Positions 31,048 to 40,079 of a DNA stretch of 64,000 nt are shown here, one piece after another (the first letter of the stretch is position 1; each line of letters starts with the position of its first letter). Origin of the DNA: a candidate division FCPU426 bacterium (GTDB lineage: Bacteria > Oederibacteriota > Muellerivitia > Muellerivitales > Muellerivitaceae). The stretch covers positions 192,001 through 256,000 of the forward strand of contig CAVYSE010000011.1 in NCBI GenBank assembly GCA_963771075.1, written 5' to 3'. A model generated the notes under the pieces. That model was not told where the DNA came from and made no database searches. It saw only the letters and a list, made by a program, of their open reading frames with translations. The position numbers and the translations under genes are program-made.

Positions 31048-31398
31048 TCAGGCTCGGGGGATCGACTGTTTTTTCATCACGGCCATTTGCTCGGCGTAGG
31101 CCTGCAGGTTCGTGGCGCGGATTTCTTTCAGACATGCCGAGCGGTCGGATTTGAAGAGAAAACCGAAGATCGTCGAGATGAAATTATTGAATTTGCGGCA
31201 GTCCTTGGCATCGGGGAATTCCAGGCATTGGGCGCAAGTGGAAATACCCTTCTTGTTGGCGCATTTCTTCACCTGGCACCAGGAATTCGACTCGCTCTTC
31301 TGACAGCCGGAGCATTTTTCTTTCAGGTAAGAACCGCAGGCCCCGCAGTAGAGCCCACAGCAGGCGACCAGGGAGGGATCGGCCGTGATTTCGCGCAT
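31048..31398 (-). CDS. DUF3795 Cys-rich protein
   Basis: ACCGLYCGAC, CSGC, CQVKKC, TCAQC.EF. Confidence 0.85.
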   Translation of the reverse strand: MREITADPSLVACCGLYCGACGSYLKEKCSGCQKSESNSWCQVKKCANKKGISTCAQCLEFPDAKDCRKFNNFISTIFGFLFKSDRSACLKEIRATNLQAYAEQMAVMKKQSIPRA

Positions 31399-31472
31399 GG
31401 AAAAACCTCGAATTTGGGATAAACCACTATAAAACCCCGGAGGGCAGGGGGAATATGATTCAAACTATAGAC

Positions 31473-32438
31473 TTACGGCTTCGTGAAATAACCTGAAAGG
31501 AGGACCCCTATTTCTTCCCTTTCCTCTTCATTCAGCCGGTACTCCAGGGCCGGGGCCAGTTCCTCCACTTGCTGAGGCGAGCGCACCCCCACGATGGCGC
31601 CCGTGACCTCGTTCCGGCGCAAGACCCAGGCCAGGGCTGCTACCCCGGCCTGGTATCCGTGACGGGCGGCGATCTTCGAGAAAGCAGTTTGAAGATTTAA
31701 GTTTTTCGTGAGCTTGGGTTCTTGGAAATGATCGCTATTTCGCCGCCAATCGCCTGGCGCCAGGTTCTGGATCTTTTCCCGAGTCATGCGGCCGCTCAAG
31801 AGCCCCGCTTGCATGGGCGAATAGACGATGACACCAATATTATTTTTGGCGCAGAAGGGAAGCACCTCCTCCTCCACGTCCCGTCGGATGGCCGAATAGG
31901 GGGGTTGGAGCGAGGTCACGGGGGCGATGGCCTGGGCCCGTTTTATTTGGGAGGGGGAGAAATTCGAGACAGCGATCCAGCGGACCTTGCCGGCTTTTTG
32001 GAGCTTCGCCATTTCGGCCCATCCTTCCTCGATATCCCCGTCCGGGTTGGGCCAGTGGATCTGCCAGAGGTCCAGGGCTTCCACTCCCAGCCGGCGAAGG
32101 CTGTTTTCGCATTCACGGCGGATGGAATCGGCCTTGAGGCTGTTGTAGATGACCCGGTCATCTCCCCAGACGAGGGAGTTCTTGGTGAAGACATAGGGTT
32201 TAGGAGAGAGGCCTTTCAGGGCCTTTCCCACGATCTCTTCCGAATGACCCTTGCCGTAAGCGGGGGCGGTGTCGATCCAGTTGATCCCTAAATCCATGGC
32301 CTTGTGGATGGCGGCGATGGAATCCCGGTCGTCCTGCGGGCCCCAGTTCCAATTGCCGTCCGGGCCGCCGATGGCCCAGGTACCGATGCCGATGGGGGTG
32401 ATGGGAAGATCCGAGTTTCCGAGCAGGCGGGTTTCCAT
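31473..32438 (-). CDS. aldo/keto reductase
   Basis: GINWIDTAPAYG, SLRRLG..LDLWQIHWP, IAVSNF, YSPM..GLLSG; start at METRLLG. Confidence 0.95.
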   Translation of the reverse strand: METRLLGNSDLPITPIGIGTWAIGGPDGNWNWGPQDDRDSIAAIHKAMDLGINWIDTAPAYGKGHSEEIVGKALKGLSPKPYVFTKNSLVWGDDRVIYNSLKADSIRRECENSLRRLGVEALDLWQIHWPNPDGDIEEGWAEMAKLQKAGKVRWIAVSNFSPSQIKRAQAIAPVTSLQPPYSAIRRDVEEEVLPFCAKNNIGVIVYSPMQAGLLSGRMTREKIQNLAPGDWRRNSDHFQEPKLTKNLNLQTAFSKIAARHGYQAGVAALAWVLRRNEVTGAIVGVRSPQQVEELAPALEYRLNEEEREEIGVLLSGYFTKP

Positions 32439-32680
32439 GGAAAGCTCCTTCGCGAGATGAAAGGGGGATGTAATCGGAAGGCATTTAAAACCCCGAACCC
32501 CGGACCGGCAACTGGATAATCGTGAAAGCGTTATTTCAAAGGCACAACGAAGGAAGGCGTAAGGGGACAGAATAAACCCGGACAATGGGTTTAAGATTCC
32601 TTGAATTTAGAAAGGTTTTCTCTGTGCCTCTGTGGCCGCCAAAGGCGGCCTGTGGTGAAATTAGGTTTTGTTATAGTCGC

Positions 32681-34348
32681 TTAGTTGGTGAGAACCATTA
32701 ATTTTCCGCTTAACAGCTGCTGGTCTCCGGATCGGACCACGTAAAAATAGATACCTGGCGAAACAAACGCCCCATTGCGGTTTCGGCCATACCAAAGGGC
32801 GATGCCGTTCGTCTCCGGGATCTCAACGACCATCTCTCCGCTGACGGTATAGATGGCGATGCTGGAACCCGCGGGCATGAAATAAGCTTTCATCACCCCT
32901 CCCACCGAGCGGTTCGGGTTGAAGGGATTGGGCCAGACCAGGAGAGGTGGGACGGGGGTCAGGGTAATCGTGGGCGTCAGGGTGACGGTCGGGGTCAGGG
33001 TAATGGTCGGGGTCAAGGTGGGAGTAAAGGTTTGCGTGGGTGTCATGGTTTGAGTCGGCGTGAAAGTGGCTGTCCAGGTTGGCGTCGAGGTGGGGGTGAA
33101 AGTGGCCGTCCAGGTTGGGGTAAAGGTTTGGGAGGGGGTCAGGGTTGGAGTCGGCGTCAGGGTAACAGTTAGGGTCAGGGTGATCGTGGGAGAGGGTGTG
33201 ATGGTAGGGGATAGGGTCGGGGTACCGGTTACCGTAACGGTGGGCGAAGGGCCATAATTGAATATGCTGACCACGTTGCTGCTCACCGCGCTGACGCCAT
33301 TGGCCGCGACGGCGGCGGTGTTGGAAATATAAGAACCGATCAGGGAATTCACCGTAACGGGGAAACAAACCTGCACAGGCGTGGGGGAGGTGGTCATGCT
33401 GATATTGGGAATGTTGAAATAAACGTTGTTGCCCGAAATGCTTTCCCCGGCCGAACCTCCCGGCACTGGCCCCAGCCCGGGGGGCAGGGGGTCCTGGATG
33501 AGTACATTGGTGAGATTCACTACCGAAGTGCCCAGGGCAGTCATGAAACTGGACCAATCGGAGCTGGTAAGGCTCAGCCAGGTTCCACCTGTCTCCGTGA
33601 CAATCGACACGGGGTTGCAGTTCGTGCAGGCCAGGCCCGAATCCGTGCAAGCAGGGTTTGGGACGCCGCAATTATTCGTGATACCGTCGATGGTGAACCC
33701 GTTCGCGTAAAGGGATTCGGGAAAGGTGAAGATGGAAAGGGTGCTGAGACCGTCGTATTCCAACGAATGGGTTCCCGCGTCGGTGATGAGGATGATCGTG
33801 TGGGAGGCGCCAGGCCGCCAAGCCATAGGTACCGTAGGTTCACCGCAGTAATCGGTGGCGGTAACCGCCGCTTGGATGCCTTCCAAACTCGATTCGGGGA
33901 AGTCGTATCCCCCTCCCGCGGTCTGGGCGCTCACATAAGAAATAAAAGTCGCGTTGTTGGGGGTCAAGGGATAGGTCGCTATATCCGGATTGGGGCTGTA
34001 GCTGCCGCAATAAGCGACATCCCGGAAAGCCACGAGTCCGTTCTGGTAATTGATCCCGGAAGAGGCCAGCGTGTTGGTGAAGGTCGTGATATTGGTTTCA
34101 ATGGCGTTCATTTCGGGTTCCATGGACCCGGTCACGTCCAATACCCAACAGATGTCCGCTTCCGGCGCTTCACTGGCGCTGAGGGTCAGGCAAACCGTGA
34201 CCGTGTCGCCGTAGCTTACCGTGGAAGGCTGCATGCTCTTGGAAATGACGAGGTTTTGGCAAAGGGCTTGGCCCGCGAAAATCCAAAGGAAGACCGGCAA
34301 GAACCGCCGACATAATAAACGGCGAATAAGGTTTAATTTCATTCCCAA
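32681..34348 (-). CDS. secreted VWA protein with DUF11-like domain, T/P linker and C-terminal sorting domain
   Basis: LDVTGSM MIDAS, GGYDFPES, ILITDA; PNPFNP..YTVSGE..WYGRN..GIY. Confidence 0.82.
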   Translation of the reverse strand: MGMKLNLIRRLLCRRFLPVFLWIFAGQALCQNLVISKSMQPSTVSYGDTVTVCLTLSASEAPEADICWVLDVTGSMEPEMNAIETNITTFTNTLASSGINYQNGLVAFRDVAYCGSYSPNPDIATYPLTPNNATFISYVSAQTAGGGYDFPESSLEGIQAAVTATDYCGEPTVPMAWRPGASHTIILITDAGTHSLEYDGLSTLSIFTFPESLYANGFTIDGITNNCGVPNPACTDSGLACTNCNPVSIVTETGGTWLSLTSSDWSSFMTALGTSVVNLTNVLIQDPLPPGLGPVPGGSAGESISGNNVYFNIPNISMTTSPTPVQVCFPVTVNSLIGSYISNTAAVAANGVSAVSSNVVSIFNYGPSPTVTVTGTPTLSPTITPSPTITLTLTVTLTPTPTLTPSQTFTPTWTATFTPTSTPTWTATFTPTQTMTPTQTFTPTLTPTITLTPTVTLTPTITLTPVPPLLVWPNPFNPNRSVGGVMKAYFMPAGSSIAIYTVSGEMVVEIPETNGIALWYGRNRNGAFVSPGIYFYVVRSGDQQLLSGKLMVLTN

Positions 34349-34458
34349 ACTCTTCTTAGGATAAGGTCAAAAATGAGGTTGATTCGGGTGCGTGTCGAAT
34401 AACACCCTAAGTTTACAACGGTTTTAGTTGAATTTCCGCTTCCTTCTCCGAACTCTTT

Positions 34459-35253
34459 TTAAAGTCGCCCGCCGATAGGCCTCTTTTCGACCAAAATGGA
34501 ACGCAGGGTGTCCACTACTTCCAGGGGGGTGACGGGTTTGGGCAGAAGCAGCAAATAGGGATCGTGGTTCAGTTTCTCCCGGAGTTCCTTCGGATTGTCA
34601 TCCGATAGGCCGACCACGGGCCGATGCCGCCAAGCCGCTTGGCGGCGAAGGGATTGGAAAAACACTTCGCGGGGATTGTCCGTCATATCCATGTCCCAAA
34701 CCACCACATCCGCCGCCTGGTACATGATTTCGGAGTAAGCCTGCTTCTCGTCTCCCGCTTCCCGAATCCCCCAGTGGAGATTTTGGCGTTCGATCTCACC
34801 GCGGATGAAATAACGGGTGGTCGCCGAATCCAGTATGAGAAGGATGTTTTTATCGGGCTTGGGAATGTCCCTTTCCCTGGCATCCGTGTGGAGAAAGGCG
34901 CCTTTTTTCCGGGAGATCCACTCGATCAATTCGGGGCGGTTTTGCTTGGGGATCACGGCCTTCACCCCGGTTCGGTTCAGGAAAAGCGGGATGCTGACCA
35001 GGGGGTGGTCGGAATAAAGAAAAACCGGTTTTTGGGTGGCGGCCAGGGATTGAAGCATGGCCTCGCCCACCTGGCCCGCCATGGGCCATTCGGTCACCAG
35101 GATGTCCACCGGAACGCTTTTCAACGCGCCCTGGGCCTGCATGATGTTGTCCACCTCCACCACCTTGTAACCCAAGGCTTCCAAGTGGATGGCCAAAAGC
35201 GCCCGGGCGTCGCTGGGCTCGTCCATGAGCAGGATCGTTTCGGGCTTTTCCAT
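34459..35253 (-). CDS. tandem degenerate receiver-domain protein
   Basis: ILLMDE..DILVTEWPM..PK and ILLILDS..DVVVWDMDM..PKP. Confidence 0.75.
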   Translation of the reverse strand: MEKPETILLMDEPSDARALLAIHLEALGYKVVEVDNIMQAQGALKSVPVDILVTEWPMAGQVGEAMLQSLAATQKPVFLYSDHPLVSIPLFLNRTGVKAVIPKQNRPELIEWISRKKGAFLHTDARERDIPKPDKNILLILDSATTRYFIRGEIERQNLHWGIREAGDEKQAYSEIMYQAADVVVWDMDMTDNPREVFFQSLRRQAAWRHRPVVGLSDDNPKELREKLNHDPYLLLLPKPVTPLEVVDTLRSILVEKRPIGGRL

Positions 35254-35588
35254 CAGGCCTCTTCCAAGGGATTCGATTCTCTTTCATGACAGTACACCGG
35301 GGTTGCCGGGGATACAATGAAGTATGGCGGCAGGACGGTTCCTTTTTGGGAATGGGGTGGAAAACCTTAAACCTACTAAGGATAGGCCATGATAGCGTGT
35401 TTCTTAAAGGTCTTTTGTCTCATTAGATCAAAAGAATTTTATTAATGGTGACCATGAGTTTTTTGATTAAAAACCGTGAACAAAGGAAAAGGGGGGATTG
35501 GAGATTTGTGAAAGCGGGTTATGAAACCCTACCCTAAAAGATTTATTCGGATGGGACGCTATCGATCGGGATTAAGCGAAACCGGGTA

Positions 35589-35897
35589 TTAGTTGGACAC
35601 CCAACCGATCTTCAGCGTGGGGGCGTGAGTCGAAAGGCAAGGCATTCCGCATTTTTCGGTCGTGAGGCATTGGGTCACTTCTAAATCCCACGAGCTGGTT
35701 TTGGAATTGAGTACCACCTTGCCCTCGATAGGAACGAAGTGATTGATCAAATAGCAGTGCCAGTCGCCATGGTAAAGGTCGTTCAAAGTGTTCATTTCGT
35801 CGTGGGTCAGGTGAAGCGGGTTGTAAGCCGGGGGGATATCCGCTGGGGAGGGAAGAAATTCTTCATTCAAGTCGCGCATGTTTCTGCTTTCAGGCAA
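35589..35897 (-). CDS. hypothetical protein, start uncertain
   Basis: About 100-aa ORF, same orientation as neighbours, no motif recognised. Confidence 0.45.
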   Translation of the reverse strand: MPESRNMRDLNEEFLPSPADIPPAYNPLHLTHDEMNTLNDLYHGDWHCYLINHFVPIEGKVVLNSKTSSWDLEVTQCLTTEKCGMPCLSTHAPTLKIGWVSN

Positions 35898-36003
35898 AAA
35901 TTATTTTCGCAACTAATGAGAAAAGAATACCGCCGGCGTAAAGATCGGGCAACTTTGTCGAAATTTTTTTAAAAGAATTAACCGCGTATTATCAAGGCCT
36001 TTT

Positions 36004-36018
36004 GGGTAATTATTACCC
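36004..36018. promoter_or_regulatory. palindrome GGGTA-N5-TACCC
   Basis: GGGTAATTATTACCC, intergenic. Confidence 0.45.
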
Positions 36019-36227
36019 GCCCTTTGGTTAATGTTGAACCAGTCCCTCGAAATCCATGGGTTAGGGTCCTTTTGCCTCAAACCCAAAACCAAGGAACCGG
36101 CGGTTCCTTTTGTGTCCAAACCCTTATTTCCCGTCATAGGCCCGCTTTAATCTTTTGACGTCCAACTTTTTCATGTTGAGAAGCGCCCGCATAACCCGGC
36201 CCGACCGTTGAGAGTCCTTGTCCTGCA

Positions 36228-36557
36228 TCATCTTTCCCAGGCCATCGGGAACCAGTTGAAGCTTTCAAAAACCCCATATTCTCTATTACCCCAGGTTTTA
36301 TAAGCGTAAAAAAGCCATTTAACCTTTTCTCCGTCCTTGAGGGCATAATCAAACCCCATTCGGTAAAAGCCCGGTTCCATTCCGCGTGCTAAGTCTGTCC
36401 TTATCTCAATATTTCTGTCGTATCGCATTGAGCATGCAGGGTCGTTGTAATAAATGAAAATGCAATCCATACCATCCATGATTTCCTAATTATGAAAATA
36501 TTCGTGAGGAAACAACATTGGATCAATGGTGGGTAGTGAGTTATTAAAAAAGCCCAT
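36228..36557 (-). pseudogene. paralog of 36692..37078 with in-frame TAG at 36486-36488
   Basis: RBS GAGGG and ATG 36557; similarity to the neighbour continues on both sides of the TAG. Confidence 0.7.
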
Positions 36558-36658
36558 TAAGTCCCTCGTGCAATGAAATCGGCATGCTTCGATTTTAACT
36601 AGTTGGCTGGGATTGTCTAGATTCTGATATTAAGGCCTGAAAATTGGGCTTGGGACAA

Positions 36659-36687
36659 TTGTCAGGGGAAAGCTTTCCCCCTGACAA
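36659..36687. repeat. near-perfect palindrome (operator or terminator)
   Basis: TTGTCAGGGGAAAGCTTTCCCCCTGACAA; core recurs at 37216-37233. Confidence 0.65.
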
Positions 36688-36691
36688 GAAA

Positions 36692-37078
36692 TTACGCGGA
36701 CCAGATAAATAGGTGCTTTGGTATTTCTCTGGGGTCCCTGACCCAAGGATGATTCACTCCCGAAAAAATTCCAAACTCCATTTTATTGTGATCGTGGTAA
36801 GCGTGCAAAAGCGAATTAGGATCACCATTTGATTCAACGGCATAATCAAAATATGGCAGGTAGAATCCAGGTAACATTCCCGAGCTTAAATTCGCTTTGA
36901 CCTCGATTCTTCGCTTATAGGAAATCTGGCTCCGGGAAAAAAAGTCGTTACCTTTTTTTACATAGTCCCGGTAATAAACAAAAATAGTGTCTTCCCCCAA
37001 GGGATTTTGGAAACGGTTGAAATATCCGACCGGATTTCCTTTTGGATGTAACACTAACGAAGATAGATCGATTACCAT
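36692..37078 (-). CDS. hypothetical protein of unknown family
   Basis: 128-aa ORF with G-rich RBS, supported by the adjacent paralog. Confidence 0.75.
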   Translation of the reverse strand: MVIDLSSLVLHPKGNPVGYFNRFQNPLGEDTIFVYYRDYVKKGNDFFSRSQISYKRRIEVKANLSSGMLPGFYLPYFDYAVESNGDPNSLLHAYHDHNKMEFGIFSGVNHPWVRDPREIPKHLFIWSA

Positions 37079-37271
37079 TTGCCCCCCCTTGGAACATTAA
37101 CCAATGAATTTTAATTTAGAAGGGCACAACATTCAGCCAATTTTAGTACAAGGGGTTTGGGCCAAGCCCCAGGAGAAAGGGGTGTGCCGAGGATCGCAAA
37201 AGGCAGCCGAGGCCAGGGGGAAGGCTTTCCCCCACAAAAAGCAATTCAGGATGGATTTATTAAAAAAGTAG

Positions 37272-37422
37272 CGTTTGCAAATTCTCCCCTTAAGTGAGCT
37301 TTTCTGCAAACGTCGCTTTAAGGGGTTAAAGTCCGATCTTCCAATAAAGTCGCAGGGATGAGTAAAAAGGAGGTTATAAACCGGTCGCAAATCCTTACAC
37401 TTATCGTTATAATCTGCAACCG
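37272..37422 (+). promoter_or_regulatory. abiE promoter with two 8-N25-8 inverted repeats
   Basis: CGTTTGCA-N25-TGCAAACG (37272-37312), CGGTCGCA-N25-TGCAACCG (37382-37422); TCGCAA-17-TATAAT in the second. Confidence 0.7.
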
Positions 37423-37424
37423 TA

Positions 37425-38231
37425 ATGAAAACACGAAAATACCCTTTTGCGGGGCAATATATCGAAGACCTTTTGGGCCATGGACGTTATACGTTCCAAA
37501 GGGCTGAAGCCCAGCAAAGCCTTAAAACGGCCCCCGCAACCACTTACATGGCCCTTCACCGCCTAGTCAAGTCGGGCCGCCTCATAATGCCCCGGTCTGG
37601 TTTTTATGTGATCGTGGACCCACAGCACCGTTCCATCGGAACCTTGCCCCCTGAATGGTTGATTAACGACCTCATGAAAAACATGGGCAAGCCCTATTAT
37701 GTAGGGCTTCTCTCGGCGGCCCAACTTTACGGTGCCGCCCATCATCAACCAATGGAATTCCAAGTGATGATCCCTACGCGCTCAATCAGGCCGGTAAAAA
37801 CAGGTAATTATTGGATAAGGTTTTTTGGGAAAGGCCCCTTTGATTGCTCTGATATAACTGATGTTAAAACTCCTACGGGATATCAGAAAGTCTCGACGCC
37901 TGAAACAACCGCTTGGGATTTGGTTCGATATTCCAGTTCGGCGGCGGGGATGGACAACGTCATAACGGTTATCTCTGAACTATCGGAAAAACTGGACCCC
38001 AAAAAATTACTTGCGACCGTAAAGCGTCATAACGACATTCTCACGGCGCAACGCCTTGGATGGTTGCTGGAACGTGCCGGGGCTAAGAGACTTTGCGCTG
38101 GATTGGTTGATTTGATAGGGAAGAAAAATCCGCCTTTACGCCCCCTTCACCCAAAACTTCCGGTAGAAAAAGCGCGCGAAAATCAAAAATGGCATTTATT
38201 GGTGAACGCCAAGCTGGAACCTGAAGCATGA
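37425..38231 (+). CDS. abiEi: type IV TA antitoxin AbiEi
   Basis: wHTH N-terminus, YYVGLLSAAQLYGAAHHQP, VSTPETTAWDL, QRLGWLL. Confidence 0.9.
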   Translation: MKTRKYPFAGQYIEDLLGHGRYTFQRAEAQQSLKTAPATTYMALHRLVKSGRLIMPRSGFYVIVDPQHRSIGTLPPEWLINDLMKNMGKPYYVGLLSAAQLYGAAHHQPMEFQVMIPTRSIRPVKTGNYWIRFFGKGPFDCSDITDVKTPTGYQKVSTPETTAWDLVRYSSSAAGMDNVITVISELSEKLDPKKLLATVKRHNDILTAQRLGWLLERAGAKRLCAGLVDLIGKKNPPLRPLHPKLPVEKARENQKWHLLVNAKLEPEA

Positions 38232-39016
38232 TTCCTCAAAATTTCATCACGAATTGGAGGAATACCGCCCCTTGGTTCCTAGACTCCCAAGTGGAACAAG
38301 ACCTCATTTTGAGCCGCGCTTTAGTCGAAATATTCCAGGATGGTACGGTTTCCAATAGTTTGGTTTTGAGAGGGGGAACGGCACTCCACAAGCTTTATGT
38401 GGACGAGCCTTTACGTTATTCAGAGGACATTGACCTTGTCCAACACACAGAAGGCCCCATTGGCCCCATCCTGGACGGGCTCCGTGCCCGCCTGGACCCT
38501 TTCCTGGGTAAACCCCGCCGGGAAAGAAATCCAGGAACCGTAACCCTTTTGTACCGCATGGAAACGGAATCTATGCCGGTGAAACCCCTTAAGCTTAAGG
38601 TGGAGATCAATAGTCGGGAGCATTTCGATGTATTTGGAGTCATTGAAAAGAAATTCGAGGTCAAATCACCTTGGTTTAGTGGGGAAGCCAACATCAAAAC
38701 CTATACCCTGGAAGAACTCTTAGGGACCAAATTAAGGGCGTTATACCAACGCCGAAAAGGCCGTGATCTTTTTGACCAATGGGTAGGGCTGGAAAAGAAA
38801 TCAACCCAACCGGCTAAGATTGTTGAAGCCTTTAAACATTACATGAAAGAGGGGAAGACGGAAGTAACTCAAAAAGAATTTAAGAGAAATCTCGAAGAGA
38901 AGATGGACATGGATTTATTTCATGGCGACCTGAAAGGCTTGTTAAAACCAACCGTCGAATATGATCCTGTAAAAGCTTCAAAAATCGTTTCTGACCGGCT
39001 CCTGGATTTGCTTTAA
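38228..39016 (+). CDS. abiEii: AbiEii/AbiGii nucleotidyltransferase toxin
   Basis: QVEQD, RGGTAL, RYSEDIDL, KLRALYQRRKGRDLFD; ATGA overlap with abiEi. Confidence 0.93.
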   Translation: MIPQNFITNWRNTAPWFLDSQVEQDLILSRALVEIFQDGTVSNSLVLRGGTALHKLYVDEPLRYSEDIDLVQHTEGPIGPILDGLRARLDPFLGKPRRERNPGTVTLLYRMETESMPVKPLKLKVEINSREHFDVFGVIEKKFEVKSPWFSGEANIKTYTLEELLGTKLRALYQRRKGRDLFDQWVGLEKKSTQPAKIVEAFKHYMKEGKTEVTQKEFKRNLEEKMDMDLFHGDLKGLLKPTVEYDPVKASKIVSDRLLDLL

Positions 39017-39128
39017 ACATCCCTTTAATAACAGAAAATTCCAAGTTATTAATTTGCCAAACCTGGTCCCTGCGGTGTTCACCCGGAACGCTGGCCTTCA
39101 TGGACACGTTTGAATTTTTCTAATACAG

Positions 39129-40043
39129 TTAAACTATGGCGTTCACGGAAAATGTCTTTTCAATAAAATAATAACTAAACTTATCGTTAAAAGTGTCTTT
39201 AATAAGAACCCTCAAATTCTTTTCGTCTAAAATTATTTCATCGATGCCATTATCGTTCCCTGTGAAAATATCAAAAGTGTTTTTAGTCACATTATTTATA
39301 TTCAATTTTTCTTTGCGTAAAACCTTACGGTTTGTTTTATCTTCGGGATTCCCCACATAAAAAAACATTCCACCCGTTCCCATGCCGTTAATAAGATGGC
39401 TAGGTTGATTAACGAGCAAAAAACAAGCGTTCCCTTTCTTATCCAAATGCTCATAAATTTTCATTTTGTTTTTTATCGCACCATCGAAGTTATAGATTTC
39501 ATTGTTTTTAATGAGCCACTCTAAAATTTCATCTTTAGTATTATCGCGTTGGTCATCTAGCGGATTAATTTTTACATAAGAAGCAACAGTTGAGTTTAGA
39601 GTGTATGTGCGATGCTCTGAAGCCATAATTTTTTTAAATAGGTCAGACACTCCTTGAATGTCTGACCATTCTTGGAATTTTATTTGTTTATTCACAGTCG
39701 CAAAAAGTAAATCCCAAGAATCATTTGGCCCTTTACTGGAAATCTGCCCTGGTTTGGGGCCATAAAAACAGCTAACTATTTGCCCGAAACCCGTCAACGA
39801 ATCTTCGATAACTAAATTACAATCTTCGCCTGGTTTTTTGTGTTTCTTCGAAAACGCTGAATCGCTATAAACTTCTATTTTTCTATTCTTTAAATTTCCT
39901 AAATCCAATCCCAAACCATAAAAGGCACCGTGTCCGTAGACTGTTTTAATAACTAATCCAACTTGATCTAGTTCTTGCGAGAATAAGCTTCCGCCATTTA
40001 TAAATAAATAAAACATTAGTACTAAATTTATTTTTACTTTCAC
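39129..40043 (-). CDS. AT-rich secreted hypothetical protein
   Basis: Signal-peptide-like N-terminus; markedly AT-rich; RBS GAGGA. Confidence 0.7.
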   Translation of the reverse strand: MKVKINLVLMFYLFINGGSLFSQELDQVGLVIKTVYGHGAFYGLGLDLGNLKNRKIEVYSDSAFSKKHKKPGEDCNLVIEDSLTGFGQIVSCFYGPKPGQISSKGPNDSWDLLFATVNKQIKFQEWSDIQGVSDLFKKIMASEHRTYTLNSTVASYVKINPLDDQRDNTKDEILEWLIKNNEIYNFDGAIKNKMKIYEHLDKKGNACFLLVNQPSHLINGMGTGGMFFYVGNPEDKTNRKVLRKEKLNINNVTKNTFDIFTGNDNGIDEIILDEKNLRVLIKDTFNDKFSYYFIEKTFSVNAIV

Positions 40044-40079
40044 TGATTCCTCTTTGCTTTTAAAATTTTAATGGCTGTA

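Noticed and set aside
32619..32660. CTCTGTGCCTCTGTGG with GGCCGCC hairpin, REP-like
   Set aside because: Single copy in the window; cannot establish a repeat family
35913..36352. 74-aa and 72-aa ORFs
   Set aside because: No motifs; they overlap a regulatory palindrome or the better-supported paralog frame
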